A stretch of 56,198 nucleotides of DNA from a virus (Duplodnaviria > Caudoviricetes). Below the pieces are notes generated by a model. The model ran no database searches. It saw nothing but the letters and a program-made list of their open reading frames with translations, and was not told the origin of the DNA. The stretch covers positions 1-56,198 of IMG/VR virus record IMGVR_UViG_3300009103_000041. One strand, 5' to 3'. A program made the translations under genes and the position numbers. Below, in pieces: positions 53,743 through 56,198 of this stretch. Position 1 is the first letter of the stretch, and each line of letters opens with the position of its first letter.

Positions 53743-54596
53743 CCTGGTAAATCTTCCTCTTTATAACCTTGAAAAGCGTCTGCCCATACCATACCAGCTC
53801 TTAGTTCTTTATTTATTTCTGTGGCTTTTTCTAATAACTGCAAAGTTGTAGCTTTATTCTTAGAACTCTTAATGAAGGCTGATGTATCTTTTGGAAAACA
53901 CATACCACCAAATCCAAATTTTCTATCAGGACCTGGTACCATCATATGACTTTTTCCAATTCGTTCGTCCTCAGCAATAAGCTGTGTTAACTCATCAAAT
54001 TCTTCTCCACCACTATTATTATATAAATTATATAACTCATTAAAAAATACAACCTTAGTTGCAAGGAAACTATTAATGGCATACTTTGCATAACATGCGT
54101 TTAACATAGAAGTAAATCTAACGGAATGCATTTTTATACCAGCGTTCATAAATATTGAATACCAATGCCTAGCATTAGCTCCACCAAATATAGTAAACTT
54201 CTGATTAAGAAACTCTTCTTTTGAATCAGCCTCTGTCAAAAATTCTGGATTAAATGTTATTTCTTTGTCGTCTTCTAATAGGGCAATTAGTTCAAGTGAT
54301 ATGGTTGACTTAATAAGGATAGGTACATACGGTGCTACTAAACGAATTTCATGAATGTATTGCTCAACCATCATATCATCACATTCACCTGTTGGTCCTT
54401 GAGGTGTAGGTAAACATATTATAATACCATCATAATAACCATAATCAGCATAGTTATTAATCCCATCATCTAAAGGATTCATATCCTTTGGTGGGTCCAT
54501 AATTTTTATATAATTCATTGAGTCTTTATTTAGACCTTCATATACAGCTTGACCAACTACACCATAACCAATAATTAATAAATCTCTATGCGTCAT
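53739..54596 (-). CDS. ugd: UDP-glucose/GDP-mannose 6-dehydrogenase (short form)
   Basis: GYGVVG, CLPTP, KST, NPEFL, GFGGMCFPKD. Confidence 0.88.
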   Translation of the reverse strand: MTHRDLLIIGYGVVGQAVYEGLNKDSMNYIKIMDPPKDMNPLDDGINNYADYGYYDGIIICLPTPQGPTGECDDMMVEQYIHEIRLVAPYVPILIKSTISLELIALLEDDKEITFNPEFLTEADSKEEFLNQKFTIFGGANARHWYSIFMNAGIKMHSVRFTSMLNACYAKYAINSFLATKVVFFNELYNLYNNSGGEEFDELTQLIAEDERIGKSHMMVPGPDRKFGFGGMCFPKDTSAFIKSSKNKATTLQLLEKATEINKELRAGMVWADAFQGYKEEDLPG

Positions 54597-55167
54597 TCAT
54601 CACCTTTTCTAAACCTTTTTTCTTTTTTTCTTTTTCAGCCTTAGCAAAATCTTTAATAGCTTGGTCTGTTTCTTGAATCCTAGATATTTTCTCTCTAATT
54701 GTGTCAAGAAATGATTGGTCAATAGGACTATTTTTATCAATGCTAGCAGCAAAGTCTTCTATATCCGCTTGAGCCATAAATTTAAATTTAATATCTGTTT
54801 GTTTTTTCTCTTTAACTATACGTCTAATAAAAGCAAAATAAGCTATTTGAGTAAAGTAAGAGAATGCGTTTGGTTTTCCCGTACGGGTTGCTGCTTCAAT
54901 TCGATAATTATATATTGCTTTAAGACAGTTTTCAACTCCATCCATAACCATTTCATCACGATAGGTATACCGAACAAAATTAGGTTTATGGGAAAGGCCT
55001 TCACATATTTTCATAAAGCAAGTGGCTATATAATCTGGAACCACTGGATTTTTATCTCCTCTTTCTTTAGCGGCCTGCGCTTCGGTCACATAATCAACCA
55101 CAGCATATGAAAACTGTCGATTATTTACGTAATGGGGTTTCTCTCTGGGTTTGATTTTTTCACTCAT
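54586..55167 (-). CDS. gp55: Late-transcription sigma factor (gp55)
   Basis: HYVNN, IC.GLS..PNF..Y.YRDEMV.DG.ENCL, NAFSYFTQI...AFIRRI.KEKKQ. Confidence 0.96.
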   Translation of the reverse strand: MSEKIKPREKPHYVNNRQFSYAVVDYVTEAQAAKERGDKNPVVPDYIATCFMKICEGLSHKPNFVRYTYRDEMVMDGVENCLKAIYNYRIEAATRTGKPNAFSYFTQIAYFAFIRRIVKEKKQTDIKFKFMAQADIEDFAASIDKNSPIDQSFLDTIREKISRIQETDQAIKDFAKAEKEKKKKGLEKVMNDA

Positions 55168-55188
55168 ATTATCTCCATGTTTATATAC

Positions 55189-55218
55189 ATTATATCATAG
55201 TTATCCCTTAAAGTAAAC
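55189..55218 (-). promoter_or_regulatory. Early promoter (class A) for gp55
   Basis: GTTTAC-N18-TATAAT with TG extension. Confidence 0.8.
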
Positions 55219-55251
55219 AGTAAATTAATTAATATTTATTTTGTAAAAACT

Positions 55252-55281
55252 GTTTACTTTTGCATATTTATATGATATAAT
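55252..55281 (+). promoter_or_regulatory. Plus-strand early promoter, divergent from the gp55 promoter and antisense to the upstream genes
   Basis: GTTTACTTTTGCATATTTATATGATATAAT; no plus-strand ORF of 60 aa or more follows. Confidence 0.75.
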
Positions 55282-55315
55282 AGAATAGATTGTCGGGGAG
55301 ACCAGAATAGAGCTC

Positions 55316-55690
55316 TTAGTGTATGGTGGAGCCACCTTGTAATCTTCGTACTTCTTCTTTGATTTCTTCCTGGTTTTGTTGGGTACCATCTAATATTATT
55401 TTCATATAATGAGCTTTAACATCAATTTCCACTTCCGAAGTTAACATAATATTAAAATCCTCTAATACATGTAGCTTTTGTGATGCAAATGGTAACCAAG
55501 GAGTCATGACAAAACGTTGGTTATCCTCAACTATTACTTTCATTGGTTCCTCAATACCTATTAATCCTTGAGGAGCTTCTTCTATATCATGGGTGTATGC
55601 AACTATAGTTTCACCTGAAACCAATTTAAATAATTTAACTGGAACATCTTCCAGTCTTTCTGGGAATTTTTTGTTGTTTAAATCTGTCAT
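55316..55690 (-). CDS. Conserved T4-like protein downstream of uvsW (Sm-like fold)
   Basis: FKLVSGETIV...MTPWLPF. Confidence 0.7.
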   Translation of the reverse strand: MTDLNNKKFPERLEDVPVKLFKLVSGETIVAYTHDIEEAPQGLIGIEEPMKVIVEDNQRFVMTPWLPFASQKLHVLEDFNIMLTSEVEIDVKAHYMKIILDGTQQNQEEIKEEVRRLQGGSTIH

Positions 55691-55695
55691 AATAC

Positions 55696-55703
55696 TATTT
55701 ATA
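55696..55703 (-). promoter_or_regulatory. T4 late promoter
   Basis: TATAAATA 5 nt before the ATG at 55690. Confidence 0.6.
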
Positions 55704-56198
55704 ATAATTTGACTTCATGTATCTTAAATTTAAACTTTTCTTTAGCATATATTTCTACCCTATCTTTACTGTGATTTAGCGTATAATTCTTTTTAGATTT
55801 CCAATGTAGGTCGTCAGCTAAGTCATACAACTTAGTATCCTTATCTGTTTTTCTTAATCCTCTACCAATAGATTGTAATACCCTTATCTGACTCTTACTG
55901 GGCGAGGCAAAAATTATATTATTTAAATTAACTATATTGATACCGGTAGAGAATGTACCATAAGAACATACCAATATAGCATCCTTTTCTGTTTCTGTTA
56001 TAGCTCTAATTTCTTCTCTTGTATCTGCTGGGACCTTACCACTTACAAAAAATACTTTTCTTTTACTCATATTCCATATTCCCTTAGCGGCTTCATCAAT
56101 CATTCTAAATAGTGGTTCACCATGTTTTTCAACAAATTGGAATAAGATTAATGTATTACCTTTTTGGTCTAGAGCTAGGTTCTTAATAAATTTATTTC
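55699..56198 (-). CDS. uvsW: UvsW DNA helicase (3' part; runs off the window)
   Basis: Frame open to the window edge; SYGTFSTGINI, QSIGRGLR, LYDLADD. Confidence 0.93.
   Translation of the reverse strand, partial: NKFIKNLALDQKGNTLILFQFVEKHGEPLFRMIDEAAKGIWNMSKRKVFFVSGKVPADTREEIRAITETEKDAILVCSYGTFSTGINIVNLNNIIFASPSKSQIRVLQSIGRGLRKTDKDTKLYDLADDLHWKSKKNYTLNHSKDRVEIYAKEKFKFKIHEVKLL

Noticed and set aside
2919-55110. All plus-strand ORFs in the supplied track (e.g. 2919-3137, 18446-18751, 38111-38524, 54715-55110)
   Set aside because: They are antisense shadows of well-supported minus-strand genes, with no recognisable motifs

Overview
A 56 kb, AT-rich piece of a large T4-like (Tevenvirinae/Kyanoviridae-style, probably marine) myovirus genome, with essentially all real genes on the minus strand. 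It carries the T4 replication, recombination and transcription core (gp32, gp59, gp33, RNase H, NrdA/NrdB/glutaredoxin, dCMP deaminase, gp41, UvsX, gp43, RegA, gp62, gp44, gp45, gp46, gp47, gp55, partial UvsW) interleaved with accessory genes (PIMT, a porin-like protein, IscA, IscU, Hsp20, TctA/TctC, a GH5 hydrolase, MoxR-VWA, UDP-sugar enzymes). Highlights read from the sequence are: (1) a circularly permuted two-piece tmRNA gene between nrdA and nrdB, tag (A)GKHDYLLAA; (2) a cytosine hypermodification locus (dCMP hydroxymethylase, alpha-glucosyltransferase-like enzyme, its own kinase/phosphatase/nucleotidyltransferase NDP-sugar route, a 2OG-Fe oxygenase and an atypical C5 methyltransferase) that points to a non-glucose sugar; (3) a late operon of enzymes (P-loop kinase, ligase-like protein, HIGH nucleotidyltransferase, nuclease-like protein) bearing capsid-targeting-like N-termini; (4) a ROSE-type RNA thermometer before hsp20; (5) two early promoter classes, one inside a repeated stem-loop cassette, several leaderless genes and one antisense promoter; (6) apparent near-total GATC avoidance. 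All calls come from motif recognition by eye; no database search or computation was run.
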